A stretch of DNA of 64,000 bases, taken from positions 5,383,225-5,447,224 of the forward strand of contig BFEA01000026.1 in NCBI GenBank assembly GCA_003427395.1. Direction: 5' to 3'. Under the pieces are notes generated by a model, which was not told the origin of the DNA, ran no database searches, and saw only the letters and a program-made list of their open reading frames with translations. Each line of letters opens with the position of its first letter. Within the stretch, counting starts at the first letter, position 1. This DNA is from Chara braunii (Eukaryota; Plantae; Charophyceae). Of the stretch, positions 11,465-23,606 are shown one piece after another. Position numbers and translations under genes: made by a program.

Positions 11465-11896
11465 GTTAAGTTTGCTCATAGTTGTTTATGTAGTACCACA
11501 ATTAAATTTATTTTATGAAGCAGATTTAAAAACAAACACGGTTGGTGAGTGGCTGATACTTGAAAGTTTTTTTCTGTAGATAGGAAAGCAAAGATCTTAC
11601 TGCATGATTACACCTTCAGTGGATGAAAATCAGATAGAGCGGTAAAATATTTTAGCGAGGCTGGGAGAGGATGGTGAAACCAAGTTCGGTTAAGTTTGGT
11701 CATAGGTGTTTATGTAGTACCGCAATTAAATCTGTTTGTTGAAGTAAATTTAAAAACAAACACGGTTGGTGAGTGGGTGATACTTGAAAGTTTTTTCTTT
11801 GGACAAGAAAGGAAAAATCTCACTGAATCATTAGAGTTTTAGTGAATGAAAATCAGATAGGGCGATAAAAAGTTTTAGTGAGGCTGGGAGAGGATG
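11465..11896. repeat. Diverged tandem duplication, unit about 225 bp
   Basis: GTTAAGTTTG.TCATAG.TGTTTATGTAGTACC...TTTAAAAACAAACACGGTTGGTGAGTGG...GAGGCTGGGAGAGGATG occurs twice. Confidence 0.85.
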
Positions 11897-13760
11897 ACAA
11901 GACCAAGTTAGGTGATGGGAGCATGGGTGGGTTGTTGGATAAACCGAGTGGTGAAGGTGACCGTTGGTAACTGAAACGATCTTGTAGCAGGATACACCAC
12001 CACCGTAGGTTTCCATAACAGGGAGAGAGGGGTTGGATGATGATGGATTTAGTGTCACGTGGCTGAGCTTTCTAGGCTTGGAAGGCAAGGAGACGTAAGT
12101 ATTGATTACCATGGGATGAACGCTTAATGCTTCATCGAAATCCCATGAATTGGTGAACTGGTCGTGATTCATATTTTTTTGTTTAATTTTTTACATGAGT
12201 GTGTATTATTGGTTTTGGAATGGTGTTCGACTCTTTTTACGAGAAACATGGAGTGAGCGCAATATTTTGTCTTTGAAAATATGGGGAGAAAAAAGGTTGG
12301 TTCAGATGGTGGAAGTCTTGGGGAGGAGGGGATCCACTAACGAAGAGAAAAGAGAGAGAAAAGTAGTTTTCGAGGAACAAATTTCTACACTTTTGGAGGG
12401 AAGGTCATGGTGGATAGATGCGTCCCAAGGGTGGGACATTATGATAGGGGGAGACAGGTTGATTGAACTTGATTCATGTTGGCCGTGAGGATGAAAAGGT
12501 TGGAATAATGTTAATCAACAGTTTGTTAAATTTGATTTTTTTTCAGTCCATTTGGGCTTAAATATTTTATTTCTGTGTGCAGCATACCATATTGAGCATT
12601 GGGAGTCCTAAGGACACCGTATGCTCAACATGGTACCTTCCACGACACTATTGGATGCATTTGGTTGTTTTTTTGGCCAAATTAGAGTATGCTAACTGCA
12701 GGATGATTAAACCCGAATACCCTTCTGTTATAAGATGCACTTTCATATGATCTCAAAACAGGAGGTTGGTGGATGAATTCACAACACCCTCAACCTCCCC
12801 AAAACCCAAGAGTAGACAAACACAGATACGAGGATGTTATTATTGTTCTGGGCATCAGGCTTATAGCCTTGGCCCCCCCCGCAGATCATGGACAAGCCTT
12901 AGTGGAAACATGCTTGAGACTGATGGCCAAATGAGACAGATCTCTCATAGGAAGAGCTTTGGAGCATGGTCCCATTAGTAATCGCATAGGAGTGTGACCG
13001 ATCTAGTATGACACTGAGTGGCTGCGGACTGACAGGTTCATTACGAATTTATGGGCCGAGAAAACAGGAAAAAGGCAAAAAAAAAAGAAAAAAACAGAGA
13101 CCTGCCACCGGAAATCAAGGCAGAGTGTTTCCCAGCCATCAGATCACAGATGACCTGATGGTGGTGGTTGCAACAACAGTGAACAAAGTAACTGCCACAT
13201 TTTCTGGAATAAACTTTACTTCTGTCAGTAGTGATCCTAACACCCTTCATATACTCCGTGATTGAAGGAGGGCTCCACCCAATGAGATAATTGCACAACA
13301 GCAAGTAAAATACTAAAAATTTTTTGTCCAGTGGGCCTGTGGCCGATCCCACCCTCTTCTGGGGTTGGCCACACCCCCAACCCATTAAAAAGATTCTGGC
13401 GGGAAACTTTCTTTGCGAGGGCATGCCTAGTGTTAAGGAGAGGAGGAGGGGAACAAAAATCTCCGTACTTTTTTGGGTAATACATGTAAAGTACTGACCG
13501 TGGGATCACGAGTACTGCACGACATGATTTGGGTCACTCAACTGTCCCACAAACTCGTTTTTATCTTATCCCGTTGCTAGTGGGACTATGCTCCTGGGTA
13601 TCAACAATGTCGTACTGGCTATCATATGGTATAAAACGGCATTCCAGAAAATGCCAAAGAAATAACTAGCTGCTCTGCGATTCGTGGTGTTGGCCTTCCT
13701 ATGGGACAATGGTCATGAGCAAGTCAAGTGTATCAACCTAAGAAAGTGGGGGGTTTAGGC

Positions 13761-13838
<78 letters not shown>

Positions 13839-14697
13839 ATCTCTCTTTTGTGCCCCCTCCCTCTATCTCTACCTCCCCTCCCCGAATGATGAGTGTCCCA
13901 AAACCAAACGGCCAAAACAGGACCAAAAGAGTACTTTACAATAAAACGAAAAAGAAATCTGAACCAACGGGCCTAACTCAGTTGGTACACCGTACACCCA
14001 TGAACTGTTGATATACAGATCCAAGTTCGAATCCAGATGCAGTCGGAATCCGATTAACAACATAACATATTTCTGAATTACCCAGGGCTGGTCAGTTCAA
14101 TGATGAAACATCACCAGGCTGTTGCCCAAGGAGGAAAAAAACAGATCTAAAAAAAAAAAGTTAAAAAAACTCGACTTTTTGTTTTTCTATTTTTCCTACA
14201 AACTACTTCGTTTTCTCTTGCTGTGTAAAACCTGTGGATAATTCATCCGCGGGTAGCCTACAAAGGAGTACAATGCGTTTTTCGTATACATATGCAAAAA
14301 AAAAAAGTACTACACGTCTTCGCACGCGCGTGCAAAAAAAAAGGTACGCAGGGCACACCTAGACGTTAGGATCAAAATTTTATGACCAACTTTAGAGAAC
14401 CGCATTTTCGATGGGAAACTTGATACAAAATAAATATATTGCATTCAGGGCGGGATTTTAGTATCGTGTTATTCGCCAGTCATGGGGTCATGATGTTCAT
14501 AGTGCCAAAACTAACACCAAAGGAGGCAACGAGCGACACAACCTGGAATCTAGTACTGAGGCACAAAGCTTCGGCACGACAGTCAGGCAATTGCTTTGCT
14601 ATACCCCTGCGCATCGGGTTATCTAACACAAAACTAGAATACAGGTCTACCACCATAAAAAAAAAAAGGGCTCCCCCTCCCCCTTCATGATCAGTTA

Positions 14698-15102
14698 GGG
14701 CCCGATCCCACCACCACACTACCAATGTAGTGGTGAAAATGTACTACGAAGATGTATGCAACCCTGGTGGGGCAAAAAAGAGAAATTGGATCCCACAGAG
14801 CCGATTTCTGTGGCTGGACCCGCAGGGACTCTTTATGAGCGCCAGTTTAGGGCAGACGGTTTCATGGTGCAGGTTGCCCCTCGCTGACGGACCTCGGACA
14901 TTCCAACCTCTACAAAATGGCACCCTCGTTGTCTTCACGAATGTTGTGGTATTTCCGTTTGTGCCCTTCGCGGACCTGCTGCCACGACACATACACAAAA
15001 AACGCGGGCAAAATATTTTGGCATCCGCGCTGACCTCGGAAATGTGTGGGATCTCAAAACTAGAGTGGAGGTGGGCTGCAGTGTAGTGGTGGGATCAGAC
15101 CC
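14698..15102. mobile_element. PIF/Harbinger-like MITE
   Basis: About 23-bp TIR (GGGCCCGATCCCACCACCACACT / AGTGTAGTGGTGGGATCAGACCC) flanked by TTA on both sides. Confidence 0.8.
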
Positions 15103-15338
15103 TTAGCCCCTTCCACACAAAAAGTGTTCCTGCCTCCCCTCGGTTTTTCAAGACGATCCTCATACTGAATGTGGCGATTTTGATAGTCAGGTGCATCTTG
15201 TAATAAATCCTCGTAATATGCGTAGCAACGTGCTCAAATGGAGGAAAAAACTTGAAAGAAGTAAAAAGTGCAAATATGAGAATGGACGCTGCCCTAGAAC
15301 ATGGGAAGATACACCTTTGTCTTTTGTGTAAAGCCTAC

Positions 15339-15435
15339 GGGCCTAGCTCAGTTGGTAAGGCACAAAAGTTGCATTCAGGATGTCGTAGGTTCAATCCCCA
15401 TTAGCCTCACGTACGTGCCTGGGCACGCTTGGGGC
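15339..15435 (+). mobile_element. tRNA-derived SINE head fragment
   Basis: A box TAGCTCAGTTGG and B box GGTTCAATCC; matches the SINE at 45061. Confidence 0.7.
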
Positions 15436-16557
15436 CTCGTTCCACTACTCGCCATCTGCCATAAACAGCGGTGAGACTTGGCGAGGCCGAAGAGTCAATT
15501 TTTTTAGCGGAAAACAGCGTTTGGTTCCATTACATCGCCGCCACGCGCACTGTGGTTGCTGTCCCGGGCTGCGCGCCGGATTGTGGCGGATGGCGGACTA
15601 ATGGAACGGTGGCGGTGTTCGGCCGCATGTCATGCACAAACCTCACGGCCCTCGCGACGTTCCGTTCGTCGTACGCCGTAAGAGTTGTTAGGGGTGTGGC
15701 CGAGGATTTTTGGCCGTGGGGTTTGAGTCACCCGGTCGAAACGGGGGACTCTTGCTTCAACCCGAGGTGCCGGGACGAGGGGTTGAGTTGTCGCCGAAGG
15801 CGGATAACGAGAGAACGGGGCAGCGATACCCCCGGGGCAGGTTCAGACTTCGTTGTCAGACTCGTCGAGTCCGTGCGGTCGACACAGCACGGGCTCGCCC
15901 GGGGTAAGACAGGGCGATGGGACCCAGGTTCGAAAACGGGCGGGGAGCACCCGCGTTGCGGGAGAGTTCGGGGAATCGAGTAGCCCCTTCATACCCCAGG
16001 ACCAGTCGTCGCCACGAGCACGAGTCTCCCTGGCGACACCAGTGATAGTTAAACTGCGGTCGCTAGGTGCTGTGCACAACAGACGAGGGCAACACCGTGA
16101 GGTCTGTGTACTACGATAAGATTAAAGGCGGAGAGGCAAATCGCTCGATCAACACAAACCCACTCCCGCGTATGTGGCATGCGTGGGTCGGGTTATAAAG
16201 ATGGATTGGCTCAATGCACCACAGCAGGTTCCGCATGTCCGCATCAAAGTATATGCCATTGTTATCTGCGATCGGAAAAGGTGCCATCGTGCTGCGACGT
16301 CCTGGGACAAGGTTCGAGCTCGGGCCACGGCCTGCGCTTCCGTTCGTCAGGACGAAACCTGTCTCCATGCGAAGATCAACGAATACCGCTGAAGACGGAT
16401 GTGCCCAACTCCCTTTCCCCATCTCTTCTTTGTGTCCTTACCCGAAACGCGGTGTCAGGCACTGGTGGTGGATATAGAGAGGTCGACCGCCTCACGAAAA
16501 CGCTGGTGACCGATCTCTTCGGAAGTATCCACCTCCTCTTGGGGTCTCGACCAGCGC

Positions 16558-16647
<90 letters not shown>

Positions 16648-16756
16648 NNNNNNNNNNNNNNNNNNNNNNNNNNNNNNNNNNNNNNNNNNNNNNNNNNNNN
16701 NNNNNNNNNNNNNNNNNNNNNNNNNNNNNNNNNNNNNNNNNNNNNNNNNNNNNNNN

Positions 16757-16827
<71 letters not shown>

Positions 16828-17982
16828 GGAAAGGAGGTAGGTGCGTAGCACACACACGCTTGCGCAATTGATCAAAAAGGAAGGGAGGCGGGGAGAGCCG
16901 ATGCCTTCATGCCGTCATGCAGACAATCGACACTCAATTCTTCCGCTCATCAAGCACATAGGCGCATACACACATGCATACCTAGAGAACTCTCACCGAA
17001 ACCTTTAACACCCATAGATTATCATACTCGACATGCATAACAGACTACCGCACTTTTGGAGTCATGCACACATCACACGGGGACAAAGCAGCAATGCAGA
17101 AAAAACTTCATCTTAAAAAATACAGAAATCTCACAACTGGCCACTCCGGGCCCAGTTCCCAACCGATCCGTCGAGACCACCGACAAACATAGCCACAGGG
17201 CCCTGCCGCTGTCGGCGTCTGATCTCCACCACCGCTCCGTCCCTCCGACTGTCTTACCCCCAAGTCCACCGCTAACTCTGCCACCTGCTGTCACTCCGCC
17301 CACCACGGGGCACGTCGAGCCTTTCCGGTGCCGCGGGCTTCGCGCATAGCTTGCTCATCTTACAGTCGAGATCAAAGAGAGTGAGAGGAAGGGTTTGCGA
17401 GAATTTATAGCGCAGAAGGTGGCGGAGAGGCTGTGCAAAGCACGGGGTGTAGATGAGCAGGACAGAAGAGGGGCAGAGTTTCCAGAAGAGTCGAAGGAGG
17501 CGAGTCGAATGGTCTGCGTGATTGGGGTGGTCGTCCAAGTGGGGTGCGCTTCCCGCGGCCACCACATTGCCCCGATCATCCCAATCAGACAGCCAATCAT
17601 TCGCAGGGAAAGGAGAAGGAGGGGATCAGACTTCGCTCAGAGGGAAGACAAAGAGACATGCAGGAGGGAGATACATAGCAAGAGGGGAAGATGGCGCGGG
17701 AATGCAAAGCGGGAGGACGGGTTTACGCGGCGCATAGCAAGAGGGAAAAATGGTGCGGGAATGCAAGGCGGGAGGACGAGTTTACGCGGCGCGCAAAAAT
17801 TCGAAAATCCGCCAGGTGTGCAAAAATTCAAAATTCCTACTCCTGTCAAGTCCCAACCGTTTCTTGAATTTCTTGGCACAGCCGCTAACCGGCCACGCAA
17901 GACTCGAGTTACATTTTCTATTCCGCCCCTACTCCCTTTGAACAAAAAAAAAAAAAAAAAAAAAAAAACCCCCCCCCCCCCC

Positions 17983-18027
<45 letters not shown>

Positions 18028-18675
18028 GAAAAATGAAACACCACCTTCGCCACGGTCTCGAATCCGTTCTTCGGGGTTCTACGTGGGATTTTCCCTTAGG
18101 GGTACCAGAACCCGTCGAGTGCGGATCTTGGCTTATCACACGCACCCTCTTCACAATGTGTTCGGGACTGGAAATCACTCCAGGTGCAGCGAAAACTCGC
18201 CAACGCTACAGGACAACGCAGGTTGACTGTCAGGGCCGTGGTGTCAGGGCCAATCGCCACGGGAAGCAGTTCGCGAGGGGTGAGGAGTACCGCCCTCCAC
18301 GAAGGGCTGTTCCAGGTGGGGGAAATGAAAGGCCTTGGCGACCGAGCGCCAAGCAATTTCAGAGCGAAATTCTGACAGCGTCCATTTGTGGCTATTGGCG
18401 ACGCAGTGGAACGAAGTCGCATCCGCCACGCGTGGCAGATGGCGAGTACTGGAACGAGGCCCTTGGTGTTCTACCAGCTAGAGATAACCCATTGGCTTTT
18501 GGCTGATGTTGTTGGTTGCTATGCAGTGACAATATTGGCCATTAGACACCGCCATGTGGGGTTGGGGGGGGTAGGGGGAGGTGCAGTGACTGGCCATTGC
18601 TCGGAGCTAGCACTGCTGATTTTCCCCATCGGCAATGCCTGCCCACCCCTCATCACCGTGATGACGGACTTGTAA

Positions 18676-19055
18676 GGGCCTCGCTACACCAATGTCGAAA
18701 CATCACGAATTTAGGAAATTCTCGACATTCCCTCTTTCGACAGAAAACCCCTCTTCGCCACACAACATGCCGAAGTGAAAAACTCACAAGTCCTGTGCAC
18801 AAAAGAGACAAACTGGGGTGAAGATAGGACAAGCGTGGTGCCTTTTTCGACATTCGGGCAAGAATTCGACATCCCATCCGAGGACTGTTGAAAATGTGCA
18901 AGTTGCAGGCTGGCAAACGAGCCCTTCTCGACAGGAGGTGTCGAAACCCTTTTCCTGACAGCTCTTGATTTTTTTTTGCATCTCGGATTTCGACATGCTG
19001 TGTGGTGAGGAGAAAATGTCGAGAATGCAGTTTTCGACATTGGTGTGGCGGGCCT
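18676..19055. mobile_element. Harbinger-like MITE, followed by related repeats to about 19580
   Basis: TIR GGGCCTCGCTACACCAATGTCGAAA / TTTCGACATTGGTGTGGCG; same GGGCCTCGC terminus as the elements at 21094 and 23607. Confidence 0.6.
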
Positions 19056-20234
19056 CGCCACACCTATCTCCAAAACAGCGATTTGGAGAGAAGTGGCATC
19101 ACCACACCAACTCCTGAAAATCGCAGTCAGAACGAATTTGGAGAGCGGTCAGAATTCGGTTCTCGGGAGTGCTCTCGAACTTTGTGGATCGCCCCGCCTG
19201 CAAAGCACCGGATTTGAGGAGTGGTCCGAGGCTCCTCCGATTTCGGCCCCAAACTGGAGAGTGCGCCTCGGCCGACAACCATCTGTTGCCACCGTTTTGT
19301 CTGGGTTTGCCACACCACTCTCAAAATGTGAAAAAGACAAAAATGTGGCGGGTGCATCTGGCCATGTTCTAGCGGGAAGTTCATTCTCATTTTGCACATT
19401 TCGAGAGTGGTGTGGCGAGGGTCTGCGCTGTCCAAAAAACGTCGGGCCTCGTCTGACGAATTGGAGACTGCCGCCTTGGAGAGCGCAGTGTGGCGACGAG
19501 CCCTCTGGAAACGTTTTTTCACATCTCCCGCGTTCGGGAGTGCTCCCGAACTTTTTTGCGTTTTCGGGATAGGTGTGGCNNNNNNNNNNNNNNNNNNNNN
19601 NNNNNNNNNNNNNNNNNNNNNNNNNNNNNNNNNNNNNNNNNNNNNNNNNNNNNNNNNNNNNNNNNNNNNNNNNNNNNNNNNNNNNNNNNNNNNNNNNNNN
19701 NNNNNNNNNNNNNNNNNNNNNNNNNNNNNNNNNNNNNNNNNNNNNNNNNNNNNNNNNNNNNNNNNNNNNNNNNNNNNNNNNNNNNNNNNNNNNNNNNNNN
19801 NNNNNNNNNNNNNNNNNNNNNNNNNNNNNNNNNNNNNNNNNNNNNNNNNNNNNNNNNNNNNNNNNNNNNNNNNNNNNNNNNNNNNNNNNNNNNNNNNNNN
19901 NNNNNNNNNNNNNNNNNNNNNNNNNNNNNNNNNNNNNNNNNNNNNNNNNNNNNNNNNNNNNNNNNNNNNNNNNNNNNNNNNNNNNNNNNNNNNNNNNNNN
20001 NNNNNNNNNNNNNNNNNNNNNNNNNNNNNNNNNNNNNNNNNNNNNNNNNNNNNNNNNNNNNNNNNNNNNNNNNNNNNNNNNNNNNNNNNNNNNNNNNNNN
20101 NNNNNNNNNNNNNNNNNNNNNNNNNNNNNNNNNNNNNNNNNNNNNNNNNNNNNNNNNNNNNNNNNNNNNNNNNNNNNNNNNNNNNNNNNNNNNNNNNNNN
20201 NNNNNNNNNNNNNNNNNNNNNNNNNNNNNNNNNN

Positions 20235-20891
20235 GGGGTCTAGTCCCACCTACAGCGTTGAGTTTTCTCAACGCTGAGCTTTCTATCACGTGCGGCATGG
20301 TGGGACGGAGCTCTGCCGTTGATGTATTGCGATCTGATGGTGCCGAAATACAGGAGAATAACCTATTAGATTTTGTCTTTTTGTAGAATTTTTATTTGAC
20401 GTGAAAACCGTTTTGTAGTATGCTTTGGCCCTTTTGGTTTGGGCGGAAACCATTGTGCGTTGAGAAAACTACCCTACCGAGGGTAGGGTAGATTTCTCAA
20501 CGGCCGTGCCTTTCCTTTTTTCGTTTTTTGAGACACCATTGCATCCTGAAACGGAGGAACTCTGACAGCTGTGTTTGGCTCTGTGGCATGAAACTCGTTT
20601 CCTTCTTTGGGCAATGAATGCATTTGGCCATCCACGTTGTCCCTGTCCATTTTACAAATGGTGACCTCCTGTCCCCTCACCACGGGGAGTAGCCCTTTTT
20701 CACGGAGACGGTCACTCCGACTGTTCCAGACAGTTTTCATTTCTCCGACTTACGTTATCAAAAATAAAGAGAAAAGCTGTTTCTAGCTTTTTTTCAGTTT
20801 TTTAATTTCTTGTTTCGAATTTATTAATGTCGAAATGGCGTCACACCGTTGAGTTTTCTAAACTCAACAACCTTAGGTGGGACCAGACCCC
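20235..20891. mobile_element. Harbinger-like MITE
   Basis: TIR GGGGTCTAGTCCCACCTA / TAGGTGGGACCAGACCCC, related to the 14698 TIR. The left flank is a gap. Confidence 0.7.
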
Positions 20892-20934
20892 TGGTTGGGC
20901 TTAAAAAAAAAAAAAAAAAAACACAGCAGACACC

Positions 20935-21013
20935 GCTACCGTCTTACCCCGAACATAACGCACCCCAAAAATGAATGTATACAGGGTGCATTGTGTTCGG
21001 GGGAAGACGGTGG
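20935..21013. repeat. Long imperfect inverted repeat (about 31-bp arms)
   Basis: GCTACCGTCTTACCCCGAACATAACGCACCC ... GGGTGCATTGTGTTCGGGGGAAGACGGTGGC. Confidence 0.7.
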
Positions 21014-21093
21014 CACTGGGAGTCTCCCGTCACACCGATGTCGGAGCTTTTGATAATCCTCGATTTCCCCTGAACATAACTCACCGTGATCAT

Positions 21094-21762
21094 GGGCCTC
21101 GCTGCACTACTCTCGAAATGTGCAAAACGAGAGTGAATCTTCTGCTAGAATATGGAAAGATACACGGCCATGATTTTTGCCTTTTGTGCATTTCAAGAGT
21201 AGTGCAGGGAGGCCCCATAGCTGAAAAGAGTGCAAAATTCCAGGCCAGATAAGGGGCCTCGCTGCACTACTCTCGAAATGTGCAAAACGAGAGTGAATCT
21301 TCTGCTAGAATATGGAAAGATACACGGCCATGATTTTTGCCTTTTGTGCATTTCAAGAGTAGTGCAGGGAGGCCCCATAGCTGAAAAGAGTGCAAAATTC
21401 CAGGCCAGATAAGGGGCCTCGCTGCACTACTCTCCACATGCACAAAAGACAAAAAATATGGCGGTGCATCTTTCCATGTTCTAGGAGAAGATTCTTTCTC
21501 ATTTTGCACATTTGAAGAGTAATGCAGTGAGGCCCAAGGACAGCTGTAATGGCCATGCCTTCTTTTTTTTTTTTTTTTAATTAATGGCCATGCCTTCCAC
21601 CCAGCAGCCGCCACTCTTTTCCGAAAAAATGACCACGGGCCTCCCTGCACTACTCTCCAAACGCGCAAACAAAATGAGAATGCATCGTCCTCTAGATCAT
21701 GGAAAGATACACCGCCATATTTTTTGTCGCTTGGGCATATGGAGAGTAGTGCAGCCAGGCCC
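21094..21762. mobile_element. Cluster of four ~122-bp TIR-bounded MITE units (the first two lie in an exact 160-bp tandem duplication)
   Basis: GGGCCTCGCTGCACTACTCT...AGAGTAGTGCAGGGAGGCCC; the first unit is flanked by CAT/CAT. Another copy at 37424-37545. Confidence 0.8.
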
Positions 21763-22161
21763 CACATCGTGTCATTTATTGGCAGTTATTGCTGTCACAC
21801 TGTTGCACAGATCAATCAGTTTGCAGTTTTTTAACTTTTTCTGGTTATGGGACCATGCCCTGGGGCGAGGTTCCATTAGCAACGAGGATTGGATTGAGCG
21901 CCCGAATGTGGACGTGTTCCATGCAGAGATGCAGAATATCAGATCGATCGCGATCTTCTTCACTGTTCGCCAACACGTCCACATTCGGGCGGGAAATCCT
22001 ATCCTCTTTGCTACCGTAGTGGGACTTCGCCCCTCGTCCTCAGTATCTGTTATTCACCATGTCAAGACAAAAAACAGGAAAAAAAACAAGAAAAAAAAAG
22101 AAAAGAAACTCTGGAGTACGGATTTTGTTTCCATTTAAAAATTAAAAACAAAACTCCTTAA

Positions 22162-22261
22162 TGCTAGGGGTGCTGATAAGAGCAGACACCTCTAGCATAC
22201 TCGGGGAGGCTCCATCTATTGGTGGGGAGCAACACCTGCTGGAAAGCGGGTCCAGCGTCCC
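22162..22261 (-). other. Structured 3' module (motif A pseudoknot, motif C pseudoknot, terminal hairpin)
   Basis: Near-identical to 28908-29015 (LINE 3' end) and 57194-57293. Confidence 0.7.
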
Positions 22262-23095
22262 TCGACATTATAGGAAGGGCCATTTTGTAAACAAGGGTTA
22301 TGTAACCGTGCCACGTGTCCGTCCTAATATATGCATGAGCTAACACCTGAATCGACACTTGGACACGCATCATCAATTCGATGGGCAGCATTGATTGCTT
22401 TCAACTGAGGGGATTAACTGGCCATCGCAGTCTAACATCTTACTTCTAGTCTGAATCCATCGTCATCTTCAAAAACGCTCTTGCAACGACCAAGGAGGAG
22501 GGGCTTTCAGACTAGGGACTTCAGAGAATCAATCATAGCAAAACCTTGGACACCCCCCCACGATCCTCATACTCTACGAATCCACTCAAGTGGGGGGCAC
22601 AGTTTACACAGATTACCCGAATTAACAGCCACCCACCAACCTAATTGATCAGTCAAAGACGTGGCAGGCCACCAATCACTCACTCAGGCAGCCATCTGGC
22701 CAGCCAATCTATAACACTAGGAGCGCTGATGACTGCCTGCTCTGACACGTGGCACAACAAACGCGGGAAATGAAAGTCACCAAGCGGTGTTGTCCAGTTG
22801 CCACGTGGCCAAGACAAAAAGCGACAATCCAGTGACGATGCAGCAGTGTGGCTTTCACTGACGCTCCCTCTCTCGCCACCTCCCCACTCCTCGCGCACTA
22901 TCCAACCCCCTCACGCCACCTCCCCACTCCTCGTGCCCACACCCGTCCTTTCCGTTTGCAAATCAACCCAATCTTCCTCGCCACTCGCCCATCCCCAATC
23001 GAGCTCACCGCCTCGCAATTGGTGTCGTTTCTATTAACCTCCTTCGGGTATCATAAACAATTTGAATATGTCCTTATGAAGTTTAACCTCCCTTA

Positions 23096-23377
23096 GGGTA
23101 ATCAGTAGGTATCAGAATAGGGTAATGATGGAACTGTAAGTACAGTCCCTCCTCCCCTTTTTACTTGGGCTTCAAGGTTTGAATTTTGGAAAGCCTTTGA
23201 CTGGGGACGCTGGACCCGGTTTCCAGCAGTAGTACGGGGTTGTTTCTAAAGTAAGCTGGTGAACTGGTTAGCGGTGCTCTTAAGCGAAACTGGCTGAGGC
23301 TGCCAGGATAACTCCGGGTTGAACTGTGAGGTCCCCGGCCTCTTTTCCAGCTATATGAAATACATTTCATGCTTTCC

Positions 23378-23403
<26 letters not shown>
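23096..23403 (+). mobile_element. Short poly(A) retroposed insertion (truncated LINE 3' end) carrying motifs A and B
   Basis: Poly(A) at about 23378-23403; 11-bp TSD AACCTCCCTTA at 23085-23095 and 23404-23414. Confidence 0.8.
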
Positions 23404-23408
<5 letters not shown>

Positions 23409-23606
23409 CCCTTATGTTGTGAGGGGAGCGCGGGTGGGGTCCCACATTACCGTTGCATGGCTTCAACACTGTGGGACGAGGTCCCCCTTACCTGGCTTCC
23501 TTGTTTCCGACTGTCAATTGTGAAGATCAATGGCCAGAAACGCAGAATCGTGGGAAGCAGAAGAGCCGTGCTGGCAGTTGACCTCCGTCACCTGCATCCA
23601 GATATC

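Noticed and set aside
23314-23350. HDV-like ribozyme suggested by GGTCCC..GCCTC
   Set aside because: No P3'/P1'/P4 or catalytic-C strand is conserved downstream in any copy.
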